A DNA stretch of 63,942 bases, the filler included, from Psammoneis japonica (Eukaryota): NCBI GenBank assembly GCA_008632985.1. It is 3 parts of 3 records of this genome, joined end to end, with 100 filler letters (N's around TTAATTAATTAA, not from the genome) between each part and the next. Parts side by side here need not be neighbours in the genome. Positions count along the whole stretch, not along the records: positions 26,380 to 52,642 come from QPGO01000428.1; positions 52,743 to 63,942 come from QPGO01000500.1; 1 more part is not named here. The stretch is one strand, 5' to 3'. The notes beneath the pieces were generated by a model. The model ran no database searches. It saw only the letters and a list, made by a program, of their open reading frames with translations, and was not told where the DNA came from. Position numbers and translations under genes: made by a program. The number at the start of each line of letters is the position of its first letter. Position 1 is the first letter of the stretch. Shown one piece after another: positions 45,682-57,896 of the stretch.

Positions 45682-46606
45682 TCATTGTCAACCCATTGAG
45701 CAACCGCCATCGTCGTCGTTGATTTACCAACGACGCTATCTTTAATTCTACGTGGACCTCCGTATATATTCTACATACATCGGCAAGTCTACGCGCATTC
45801 AATACCAGGGCATCGGCAGGAAGTTAACGTCACCGTCAAGTCTCCTTACCGCTGGATATCTGGATTGATTATACTACCTTTGATCGCTGAAGACATACAT
45901 TCAACGGTCATATCCAAGTCTATCCTTGATCCTCATCCCTTGATATACCTATTCATCGGTTAACGGTCAAGAACCCTACATATTCAAGGATCTTCGTCGC
46001 TGAAGACATATATATATATACATGTCTTCACGGCCAAGAACCTGTACCCACTCTTCGGACTGCGGTTTTGCCACCACTCTACAAGCACACCGAGTCCATT
46101 GTACCTGATCTACCCCGGACTGCTGGTGCTCTACAGTTCTACTAGGTCCACGAGGACGACTGTGAGAGCAAGCAGCCGTGATTGCAGCCTGCGTTGGGGC
46201 GAGGGTGCTTTCCCGCGTTTGTTCGTTCGTCCACAGCGCCCAACGCCTGCGTCAACTGGCCAGCCTGATCGGGAAATCCAACCGACATAAAATAAGAACG
46301 GTTTGGGGGTCTTGTCCACCTCCAGTCAGCTCACCTGCAGGGGTTTGCAACCCGCTGCTCTGCTCGCAAGCAACCCAAAGCGCCGCCAGCTACGGGTTCG
46401 GACATGCCAGCACAGCTCTACGGACCGGACAGGAAGTTTGGCACTTGACAACGAACGGGACAACAAAGCCCGGCGACTTCTGATTTTAAGATAGTTCAAG
46501 ATTTCAAGTCAAGTCTGTTTCAAGTCAAGTCTGTTCTCACCCAAGTTTCGAGTCTACCTTCGCTTCCCAACCAGAATTGATTGTCCTGACACCACTTTTG
46601 TCTGCC

Positions 46607-49600
46607 ATGGTTCTCACTCGTCAGCAACAAACCGATGGTTTCGAGCACGTTGTTGGAACCGTGCTTGCCCAAGGTGCTGGGAGTCCTCTTCGTTTGGCTT
46701 TGGCCCAAGACGGCACGGACTCGCATCAGGAACTGTTCACGTTCATGCCGCCCCCAAATCGACTTGCTTGAGTGCGACAACGGCGCCAATGTGATCCCTT
46801 TGCCCCGTGGTTATAAGAACATGTTGGCAGCACTAGCCAGCCTGCACATTGTCAAAGCACACAAAGGTCTTGACGTTGCCAACGACTCCTCTTTGTTCAC
46901 GCATGACGAGTTCCTTGCCTGCCGCCTCAGCCCGGACTGCATGTCCTCTCTGTCCATCGGCAGCTCACCCCTTGCACCTCCACATGTCACCAACCCGACC
47001 AAGGCACGCGACCCGGTGCGAGACTTCAAGCGAGGCATCAAGCGTGATCCCACCGCTTTCACGGCTCTCAAATCCGACAAGCAGTGGCACACTTGGCACA
47101 CCTCACTTGTGGCACAAGCCCGTGCCCAAGACGTCGAGTGCATTCTAGACTCGTCGTACAAACTGACCAGCCCCGAAGACAAACTGCTCTTTGCTGAACA
47201 GCAAAAGCACATGTTCGCCATCTTCGAACGCATCCTTCTCACCGACAAGGGCAAGGCTCTCATTCGCGAAAATGTGGGGTCCTCTGACGCACAGACCGTC
47301 TGCCGCTCCTTGTCTGAATGCGCGCTTGCCTCCACCCGTGCATCTGTCGAGTCCTCCACCCTGCTCACGCACCTCACCACCGCACGTCTTGGTGATGGCA
47401 CTTGGAAAGGTCCGACCCACGGGTTCATCCTTCATTGGCAAGATCAGTTGCGCAAGTGCAAAGGCACTCATCCCCGCCAGCGACCACTTCTCTGAAGGAC
47501 AGAAGCGCGTCATGCTCGAGAATGCCGTGCACCCTGTCGAGGAACTCCGTGCTGTCAAGAACCAAGCTGATCAGCATCATGCGCAGAGTGGCAAGAGCCT
47601 CACGTGCGATCAACACTGTGGCTTGCTCCTCTCCACGGCAGCTCAGTGCGACAGCACGTTTCAACCCAAGACGACACCTCGAGCTCCCCGACGCGCCACA
47701 TGCGCACACGACGTCTGCTCCGAGGAACCGTCCGACAATGTGTTCTGCGACATTGACAGCGACGTTGACGTCCTTCACGCCAATGCTGCCTGCACCCGTG
47801 GTCCCAGCCTCACCGGTGTCCAATGGAGACGTCTCCCTCCCGACCACCAACGGCTCTGGGATTCGTTGCCCGATTCCTCCAAGGCGATCATCCTTGAGCA
47901 CTCTTGTCCGCCTCCCCGCAACCCACGAGCCAGTGACTGCCATGAGTCTGTTACGGCCAACCTTCACGACCAACACCTTGGGAGTGACGGTGATGTCAAC
48001 TTGTCCAACACGACTCCTGCTGACTGTGGTGACTCCGCTGCACATGTGGACGCCATTTCGGATGATCCCATCCTGGCGCACCTCACCAAGCGCAAGCCAC
48101 TGCCACCCAGTGATCTGCAACGTCTGTTGTCTCCTAACCAAGCCCCCAATGCCAGTCGACCGGGGCCATCCGCCACTTCCTCTACCCCGCCAGCTTCTGC
48201 AGATGACACAGAACTTAACGGCCGCACTTGCCGCCGCGTTGACAACCACAATGTCATTCACTCTGCCTCTGCTCATCGCTCCACATGCACTGGTGCTCTG
48301 GTCGATCGTGGGGCCAACGGCGGCATTGCTGGCGACGACGTCCGCGTCATCGCACGCACCTCTCGCCAAGTCGACGTTCAGGGCATTGACGATCATCAAT
48401 TGGTGGACATCCCCATTGTCACCGCTGGTGCCGTCATTGAGACCCAGCGTGGTCCCGTCATCGCCATCCTCCATCAGTGCGCATGCACGGGAAAGGGCAA
48501 GACCATCCATTCCTGTGGCCAGCTTGAATGGCACAAACAGGATGTCAATGATCGCTCTGTCAAGGTGCCCAACGGCTTGCAACGCATTGCCACTCCTGAT
48601 GGCTGTGTCATCCCCATTGACACCAAGGCTGGCCTGCCTTTGTGTTGCCATGCGACCTTGCACTGACGCCGAATGGGACACCCTGCCCCACATCATCCTC
48701 ACCGGTGATGACACATGGGACCCTTCCGTCCTCGATCACTCTGTCACTGACGATGACCAGTGGTGCGACGCGATCTCTGACCTGCAGGACGATCCCACTG
48801 CCAACCCATTTGACGAATGCGGCAACTGCTGTCACCGTGTCGTTGTCAACGAGACCATCTTGTCCGCTTCCTTGTCTGCCGATCACGCGTCCGCCCTCGA
48901 TGATCACCTCATTCCGAACGACGACGTGTTCTACGAGTGTCATCTGCATGCGATTGACCCCAAGGGCGATGACGTTCCACCTCCGGAGCACACTGTACAG
49001 CCCAAGGACCCCCCCTTCGAGTCTCTTCGGCCTTGCTTTGGCTTCCCACCTGCCGATGCGGTCCGTCGTACTTTTGACTGCACCACGCAGCACGCCCGCA
49101 TGCCCGCCGGTGCACACCTTCGCAAGGCCTTCAAATCACCCAACCCCGCCCTTAATGTGCACCGTCGCAACGAGCCTGTCGCCACTGACACCGTTTGTGC
49201 CGACACCCCGGCCGTCGACTCTGGTTGCACCAGCGCCCAACTGTTTGTTGGCACCGAGTCTACCGTCACTGACGTCTGCGGCACTGAGACGGACAAAGAG
49301 TTTGTCAACACACTCGAGGATCAGATCCGTGAACGTGGTGCCCCATCCAAACTCATTGGCGACCGTGCTCAAGTTGAGATCAGCAACAAAGTGCTCGGGA
49401 TCCTACGTGCCCTCTTCATCTCCAGCTGGCAAAGTGAGCCTCACCAGCAACACCAAAACTTTGCCGAGCATCGACACCAGACTGTGAAGCGCATGGCGAA
49501 CACTGTCATGGACCGCTTTGGTTCGCCCGCCCACACATGGCTGCTGGCGCTCATGTGCGTGTGCTTCATGCTCAACCACACAGCGTCCCCACGTCTCCAC

Positions 49601-52279
49601 TGGCGCACGCCCCTCGAGACTCTCACTGGATCCACCCCGGACATCAGCCCATTGCTTCACTTTCACTGGTGGGAACCAGTGTGCTTCCACCTCGATGACT
49701 CCGATTGGCCGTCCGAATCTCGTGAGTTGCGCGGACGCTTCGTTGGCATTGCTGAGCACGTCGGCCACCAGATGACCTTCAAGATTCTATCTGACGAGAC
49801 TCAGAAGATCCTCTGCCGGTCCAACGTTCGCTCCGCCACCCCCGATCCTGCCGTTCGAAACCTGCGTCTTGATCCTCCTGATGGGGAGCCACCTGCACCC
49901 ATCATCAAATCTCGCCATGACGACAACCCCGTCGATTCTCCTGATGGGGAGATCAGGACACCCAAGATGCCAGTTTTCGATCCGCAAGACATCATTGGAC
50001 GCACCTTCCTCATGCAGCCACAAGAGGACGGACAACGCCACAGAGCTCGCATCGTCAAGGCCGTCGAAGACCACGAATGGAAAGTGAACGGCAATCCCGA
50101 GCTCACTAAGTTCGTCTGCTCTGTCAACAATGACGAATGCGAGGAAGTCCTTGCCTGCAATGACATCATGAATCACATTGAGCAAGAAGACAAAGACACC
50201 ACTGTTTGGAAATTTCGACGCATCGTGTCACACGAAGGCCCTCTGAAGCCTCACGACCCAACCTGGAAAGGCTCAAGCTACAACATCATGCTTGAATGGG
50301 AAAGTGGGGAGATCATGTCCGAGCCTCTTGCCATCATCGCCAAGGATGACCCCGTCACCTGTGCCATCTGTGCACGAGAGAATGGACTCCTCGACACGGA
50401 TGGATGGAAGCGGTTCCGCACCATCGCGAGGCGCCAAAAGAAGCCATTTCGCATGGCCAACCAAGCCAAGCTTCGCTCCTTCCGCACTGCACCTCGCTAC
50501 AAGTACGGACACGAAGTTCCCCGGAACTACAAACACGCCATGTCACTAGACGAACGCAACGGCAACCACAAGTGGGGAGACGCAACTAATCTCGAGATGG
50601 ACCAACTCGACGAATACGAAGTCTTCCATGACTGCGGGCCCTTCAAGTCTTCCACTCCTCCTGCGGGACACAAGAAGATCCGAGTGCACCTGGTGTGCGA
50701 CGTGAAACACGACGGTCGCCACAAGGCACGACTCGTAGCCGACGGGCACCTCACGGACGTACCTGTCGACAGTGTCTACTCCGGAGCAGTCTCCCTTCGT
50801 GGCCTTCGGCTGATGATTTTCCTGGCCGAACTCAACGAGCTGGAGACATGGGCCACCGACATTGGCAATGCCTGCCTTGAAGCCACCACCAAGGAGAAGC
50901 TTTACATTGTAGCTGGACCCGAATTTGGCAAACTCGAAGGACACATCCTTGTCATCCACAAGGCACTGCATGGACTCCGCAGCTCCGGTCTCCGCTGGCA
51001 CGAGCGCTTCGCCGACTGCCTGCGAGCTGAAGGCTTCTTCCCCTGCCGCGCCGAACCCGACATTTGGATGCGCAGGAACGGCGACCACTGTGAACACATT
51101 GCCGTTTATGTGGATGACCTCGCCATTGCCATGAAGGACCCTCAATCTTTCGTCGACACTCTCACGGAAAGGTGCAAGTTCAAGCTCAAGGGTGCGGGAC
51201 CCATTGAGTTCCATCTGGGTTGCGACTTTTCCCGGGACCCCGACGGAACCTTGTGCCTGTCTCCGCGCAAGTACATCGAGCACATGGTCGACAGCTGCGC
51301 CCGACTGTTTGGGGAGAAACCTGCCACCAACGCCCTGTCACCTCTAGAGAAGGGTGACCACCCCGAACTGGACACTTCCGAACTGCTGGGACCCGATGGC
51401 ATTCACAAGTTCCAGTCTCTTGTTGGTTCACTCCAATGGGCAGTGTCCCTTGGTCGAATTGACATTGCCACGGCCGTCATGTCACTCTCTAGCTTCCGAG
51501 CTGCGCCCCGTCAAGGCCACTTGGATCGTGCCAAACGCGTCTGTGGGCACCTCTCCAAGATGCGACACGGTGCTCTCCGCGTTCGCACGGAAGAGCCCGA
51601 CCATTCGGATCTCCCTGCTCCGGCCTACGAATGGATGCATTCCGTGTGTGGTGAAGCAGAAGAGATGATCCCGAAGGACGCTCCACCGCCCCTTGGCAAG
51701 TTCGTCACTACCACCCACCATGTCGATGCAAACTTGTACCGTTGCATGCTCACCGGACGCTCTGTCATGGGAATGCTCCACTTCCTCAACAAATTCCCGG
51801 CTGATTGGTTCTCCAAGAAACAAGCCACCGTGGAGACTGCAACCTGCGGATCTGAATTTGTTGCCGCAAGGAATTGTGTTGAGCAGATTGTCGACCTGCG
51901 CATCACCCTGCGCTGCCTTGGCGTCCCGATCCGTAATGTCAGTTACATGTTCGGTGACAACAAGTCGGTTGTAGACAGTGCCACCATCCCGCACTCCAAG
52001 TTACATGAGCGACACACCGCACTGTCGTTCCACCGTGTGCGTGAGGCAATTGCCTCTGGTTACCTTGAGTTCCACTTCATCGAAGGCTCCCGCAACCCTG
52101 CTGACATTCTCAGCAAGCATTGGGGTCACTCCCAAATCTGGGACCTCCTCCGACCCCTCATGTTCTGGAACTTCATTCCATCCGAAGTCGAATCTGTTTC
52201 TGTGGCTCCTCAAGCAAACTGGGGAGTGACAGGATTTGAACAGGATTTGGATGCGCGCGAAGCATCGCGCGCTGTTTAG
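46607..52279 (+). pseudogene. Copia gag-pol, originally a single ORF, now with three +1 frameshifts
   Basis: Starts MVLTRQQQTDG; 1-bp insertions near 46752, 47461 and 48640 relative to the other copies. Confidence 0.92.
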
Positions 52280-52502
52280 TTTGCTGCGCACAGTTTTGTG
52301 TGCTTTAGTTCCGCGCGTTCACGCGCGATGCAGTTTGCTTTCGAGCCACAAGGCTCACAAGAATGACAACAGCAGCCCGATTGTGCCGACTTACACGTCT
52401 TTCGGCTCCTGTGACGGTCTCTGAGCGGAGACTCATCTGCCATTTAGACAGCAGCAAGGAGTTGTTGTTTGAATTCTTGCCATTTGCTTTCATTTTCTGT
52501 CA
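52227..52502 (+). repeat. 3' LTR of copia copy 3
   Basis: 276 bp, PPT ggggag at 52221-52226. Confidence 0.97.
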
Positions 52503-52642
52503 AGCTGCGTTGCTGATGTTGAGTGCAACACGACGCAACAACGTGCAACCTGCATGAAGAATGTGAGCAAACTGCATCAAATGAGAGCAGAAGCACAACA
52601 CCAAAACATCAAATGCACCAACTGTGCACACGCATTGTGTTC

Positions 52643-52742
52643 NNNNNNNNNNNNNNNNNNNNNNNNNNNNNNNNNNNNNNNNNNNNTTAATTAATTAANN
52701 NNNNNNNNNNNNNNNNNNNNNNNNNNNNNNNNNNNNNNNNNN
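52643..52742. other. Assembly gap with artificial TTAATTAATTAA linker
   Basis: N44 + 12-mer + N44. Confidence 0.98.
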
Positions 52743-52783
52743 TTTCGTTCGTACGCAACCCTGTAAGAAAATATGGAGAACGC

Positions 52784-53773
52784 GTGGCTGACCCGTGTTT
52801 GTTCAATCAGATTCCGCAACGTCACGAGAAGGATCCTTTGTTCACGCTGCATGGCGCTCATGACAATATATCACATGAAAGCATAAAGATTGATTTCTAT
52901 AATCACATTGATAACAGTGGATTCAAGTATCGTTTGAGTTACCGGCATAAGCCTGCTTCACCCGGATTTGAAAAAAGAACTCCGTGGTTTCTGGTACATC
53001 CTGTTGGAATTGGTTTGTCGTCATGGTTCTGGGATAAGCTCATGCAAGAGCCTGGACCTGAAATGTACGCTCCTGACCTGATTGGGTGTGGGGTAGGGTC
53101 TGGTGCCGACTCGTGGGATCCAGACACCAAGAGCCTATCTTTTCCTTTGGGATGGGTTCAAGGCTGCGAATCATTGCTGCAACAAATCAACTCTAGACGT
53201 GGCGTCGTGGTAATAGCTCAGGGTGGATTGGCACCTGTTGGTGTTTTGCTTGCGAGTCGGAATCCGCAAAACGTCAGAAAGCTTGTCTTGACATCGCCAC
53301 CAGAGTGGAAGTTCATGAACGAACCCATTCCTCAAGAGGAATTGCGACGTAACTTCAATTTCTTGCGTTCCAAACCATGGGGTGATTGGGCGTTCAATGC
53401 GCTGGAATCAAAATGGGCCATTGAATTCTTTTCGAATGCATTTCTATTTGACGATCCTTGCGATGACCAATGGCTAGATTTGGCAATGGGCGCGGTATCC
53501 AAAGATGCACGGCCGCCCATACAAGTGTTTAACGCCGGGTTCTGCAATCATAGGTCCTTTCAGGATGAGCTATGCAATCTGGTTCAGCAACCAACCTTGG
53601 TTCTATCCGGAGCAAAAGACAAACGTCACAGAGAACGTACTGATTATGAAATTGAAATGCCAGATTGCCGACTACGGCAACTAGGAAAAGGTCAAAACGT
53701 GCTCCCTTGGGAGTGCCCAGCGGAGACGCGTGATTGTATCATGGCGTTTTGCCAAGAGGATAACGCAATTTAA
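52784..53773 (+). CDS. Alpha/beta-hydrolase fold protein (5' end uncertain, next to the gap)
   Basis: FLVHPVGIGLSSWFW, YAPDLIGCG, VVIAQGG, RNPQNVRKLVL.SP, PTLVLSG..D, NVLPWECP. Confidence 0.82.
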   Translation: MADPCLFNQIPQRHEKDPLFTLHGAHDNISHESIKIDFYNHIDNSGFKYRLSYRHKPASPGFEKRTPWFLVHPVGIGLSSWFWDKLMQEPGPEMYAPDLIGCGVGSGADSWDPDTKSLSFPLGWVQGCESLLQQINSRRGVVVIAQGGLAPVGVLLASRNPQNVRKLVLTSPPEWKFMNEPIPQEELRRNFNFLRSKPWGDWAFNALESKWAIEFFSNAFLFDDPCDDQWLDLAMGAVSKDARPPIQVFNAGFCNHRSFQDELCNLVQQPTLVLSGAKDKRHRERTDYEIEMPDCRLRQLGKGQNVLPWECPAETRDCIMAFCQEDNAI

Positions 53774-53985
53774 GACACTGTACAGGGCTCTAGTAGAGTT
53801 GTGAGAAAACAGAGCGGCGGAAGTACATAATATTTTTTTTTTTTTCAAAACGTTCTCCATAAGTGCGCCCGGCGGGGACGCGTGCTGGTATCCTGGCTTT
53901 TTTGCCAAGAGGACAATGCAAGCTAAAACTTACGTACACGGTGCTGGTAGAGCAGTGAGAAAACAGAGCGGCAGAATAAACAACA
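53747..53985 (+). repeat. Imperfect direct duplication, ~155-bp spacing
   Basis: tttgccaagagga...gtagag..gtgagaaaacagagcggc.gaa at ~53747-53823 and ~53901-53977. Confidence 0.8.
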
Positions 53986-54029
53986 GTGTTTACCACTTTC
54001 GTGGTGTGTAAAGTCTAGCCTGCTCGCAG

Positions 54030-57000
54030 AGAGCCTGTCATGTCATGGATGACGAGCTGTCGCTTGTGGTGTGATCGCGGGTGAATGACTGACGCGTCAC
54101 TTCACCTTGGGAATGTGTTGTGCATGACCGAGGAAGCAGTGAGCAACATTCAGTCATGTGCTTTAAGTGGTTCTCTACTCCAGTGGAGCCAGCAGCAGCC
54201 ATCAGGGGCAATGGGATGTGGCGGCCCTGCCGTGCCGTGCAATCGATGATCGACCAGACAGTCTTTTGACTTTGACGTGCAGGTGCATTGCACTGAGCAC
54301 AACAATGAGCAAGTCTCCAGTGATTTGATGCTTGCTGCCCTGCTCCACCCATGGTTTCAGCCCAGCAGCACCACTTGGGAGCAGCAAGATGTGCCAAGCA
54401 TGAGCTCTGCTCTCCCAGGAATGTCCCAAGAAAAGTGCTGAACCAAGGCAAGCCCGCCCAGCTCCTCCCGTCAGCACCTGAGAAGCTCCAGCCCAGCCCC
54501 AAGAACAACACATGGCTGCAGCCTGCCTGGAGATCAAGCCTGGTTCTGAGTGTCTTTTGTTGCCAAGAAAGTGCAGCAGTTGGCTCATTTCAAGTTCCAA
54601 GCAATGCATCCCAGTGCAAGCCCTGCTTCCAGCAGCACCCCAAGCATCAAAAAACACAAAAGCCTGCCCCCCAGCAGAGTGTCCAGCCCAAGCACTGGGC
54701 CAGGTGAAAGTGCACCCCCCTTCCCAATGTTGACACATGGCAGCAACCCCTCAAGTGTGTGGCAATGCTCCATGTCACCCTTGCAGGTCATTTTGGCGAT
54801 GACAGCGGTGTGTGCATGAGGCATGAGAGAAGCTCTTGGAGACCCACCTTTTTTCATGGCTGCTTGCACCAGATGATCCTTGAGTTGTTCAAGACAACCA
54901 GCATGGGACAGGGTGCTCTGCTTGAGCTTGCAGGAAGAGTGCTCTGCATCCACACCAGAAAAAAGCATGGGTCGGCTCTTGACCAGAATGGCATGCTGGC
55001 ACTGCAGATGAGTCTGAGCAGCTCAAAAATGTCAGACATTCCATTGATGCCATTTCACTCAGAGACCACCTTGACAACATTGCCAGCATGTTGGGGGGCA
55101 TTGTCCAGCCAGCGGTGAGTGCATGAGCTTGAGTGTCCATTGTCAGCAGCTGGGGCATTCAGCAGCTTTCTGCCCCACCTGCAAAGTCACACCTTGACCG
55201 GGGCCTGGGTTGCTGGGAGGGCTGTTTGGCTGTCAGAGACAACAGGAAAGTCCGTGCCAGTGAGCCTGCTGTGCAGCTTGCCCCGATCCTCAAATGCTCT
55301 GTGCGCCAGATGGTGTGCTCAGCTGTGTGCCATTTTGAGCAGTTGTGAAAGCTTTCTTTCCCTCAAGGCAAATCTTGGTGGTGGCACGTGCTTGCAATGG
55401 CCCAAAAAAGGCAGCCAGCAGATGCACAACATCAGGTGACAGCTGCCAAGGCTCTTGCAAATGTGGTCACAGAAGCCAGGCATCTTGTGGCTCTGCAAAA
55501 AGACTGCATTGCAGCACAGGCTCTGGTGATCACTGTGGATGACATGAGCAAAGCCACCCATTGTGACCACAAGACCAAATTGCAAATTGTTGCCAAGGCG
55601 CTCAAAGAGACAAGAGAAATTGACACAAAACAAGTGCAAATGTGAGAGCAAGCTTTTTTCCAATTGCACATGCATCACTGTGCCACAATGAGCAAGCACA
55701 AAAAGACCTTTGTTGCTGCATTTCATGTCAATGTTGAAAAAGTGACAGAGGCTCTTCAAAGCATGTTGGCACACACACCAGCGCTGCTGCAGCTCATGAG
55801 TCACTTTGGGAATGTTGCAAGGGATCTTGAGCTCCTTGCAAAGGCTTCGGCAATCCAACCCACCACATCTCCATGGCCTTTGGGGGTCAAAAGACAATTG
55901 GATGAGCTGTTGGACTGGTGGCACACCTTTTGATGACTCCACATGCTGAAAGCTGCAATTGATGCAACACAATTGCCAAATTTGCAATGTCAAATGTGTC
56001 GCCCCTCTGCTCTTCCAGGAGGAGCTTAGCTGCTTTGTCAAATGCCTTGTGGGACAACTCAAATGTGTCAAACACCTTGTCTGAATTTCCTTCACACCAC
56101 AGCAATGGAGTGCCGTCATGTTGTCTTCTCCCAAAGCATCAGACAGATCACTGGTGCTCAAATCAGAATTTCCACTGCTGTCCTGTCCAAAGATGCTGCA
56201 GCAGCAATGGATCCAAGATTGAACTCCAGGTCAGATGTTCTTTGAAGTTTGCCAAAAAGAGTGGCCAGGACACATGACACTTTTCTGCACCATGAAAGCG
56301 TGTTGTTTCCACACCTCAGTGCTTGTGCCACAGAGTCCTTCTTTGGGCTCCTTGCCTTGACATTCATTTTTGTGAAGCTCTGCGACACATCAAAGTCATT
56401 TCAACATGAGCCATCAAGCATCCCCCTGAATTCTGCTGCTTTGCAGAAGTCTGACAAGCAACCACAAATGGCTTCTCTTCTCCTCTGAACAACTGTGTTT
56501 TGAGAGTCATGCATTGTTGTGCCATTGTGAATGGTGTTGGCAGCACAACACGTCAAGCAGCCCTGATCCAACTGCTCATGAAAAAACAGAACACTGCCAG
56601 CCCTGCTCCCAGCTTAGAGTCCAGAGCTCCAACAGCAACAGAGAACAAACAATGGCTTGCAAGGACCACTCATGGGGGGACCAAGTTGGAAATCTTGGTT
56701 TGCTTCTTGTTGCTCAAGAAGGTTGAAAGTCAAGCCCCCCACAGAGTCACCAGAAGAGAGTCAAGACCCCCATTTTGACTGTGAAAGAATGAATGAAGGA
56801 CTGCAAATCAGAGGCACCACAAAGACCAATGTCCCCATCTGAAGCTCATGTCATTGACAAGGACCATTTGTGAGGCCAAGTTGGAAATCTGTGTTTTGTT
56901 TCATGTCATTTGAGAAGGTGGAAAGCCAAACAAATGGAGTTGCTGGGAGAGTCAAGACCCCAGCTTTGATTCCTCTTTCACCGGCAGGGGCAGATCTGCC

Positions 57001-57620
57001 CTTTTTTCATTCATGCACCTTCAGCTTGATTTGGATTTAAGGGGCACTGGATGCAGTCATGTGCCAGGTGCAATGGCTGGTGCTGAGAAACAGTGGAAGC
57101 CAAAGATTTTGCTGTGTGTGGCAGTGGCATTTGACTGCTCTTCCTCTCATGCCCCCACCTCTCTGTTTTGTTGTGATGCTGCTCACACAAGATGCACCTC
57201 TGTTGCATTTGTGCCAGGCTTGTCTTGTGATTGGGCAAAATGTGACAGAGCCGGAGCAGCTTCATCTGGGCTTCTTTGAGCTGCAGCACAAGCTGGTCTG
57301 AAAAACATTGCAAATCACAGGTGCAAACCCTGCAGTTGCACGTGTGCCTCTCAATGCCACCTCCTGAATCCATTTGGTTGGCCCACTCCAAGATGCGGCA
57401 CATGTGGCTGGCACCCAAGTCGAGACACAGTCCTGCAGCTGGGCAGGATGGATGAGACCTTGGAGGTTGGTGGCAATGTGAATGGCAACAGAGGCAAACA
57501 GACGCTTGTTCAAAGTCGTTGTCTAAAAATTGTGACGAATGTCGTTGCTTCTGTTTGAATCGATTTTGTGATGAGCCAATTGTTTCGAAGAGAAAATCTG
57601 AGTCTGGGTTGCAGTCGTGA
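54030..57620. other. TA/CG-depleted degenerate repeat block
   Basis: TA nearly absent and CG rare over ~3.6 kb; local duplication (ccaagttggaaatct...gagtcaagaccc) at ~56680 and ~56875. Confidence 0.85.
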
Positions 57621-57896
57621 TGACAGAAATTGAAGGCAAATGGCAAGAATTCAAACAATGACTCCTCACTGCTGTCTAAACAGCAGATGAGTCTCCGCTC
57701 AGAGACCGTTGCAGGAGCCAAAAGACGTGCAAGTCGGCACAATCGGGCTGCTGTCATCATTCTTGTGAGCCTTGTGGCTCGAAAGCAAACTACATCGCGC
57801 GTGAACGCGTGGAACTAAAGCACACAAAACTGTGCACGGTAAACTAAACAGCGCGCGATACTTCGCGCGCACCCGAATCCTGTTCAAATCCTGTCA
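57621..57896 (-). repeat. 3' LTR of copia copy 4
   Basis: 276-bp reverse complement of the family LTR. Confidence 0.97.

Larger units (their letters stand above)
45395..52502 (+). mobile_element. Full-length copia copy 3 (7108 bp)
   Basis: LTRs 45395-45666 and 52227-52502; perfect 5-bp TSD AGCTG (45390-45394 / 52503-52507). Confidence 0.98.
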
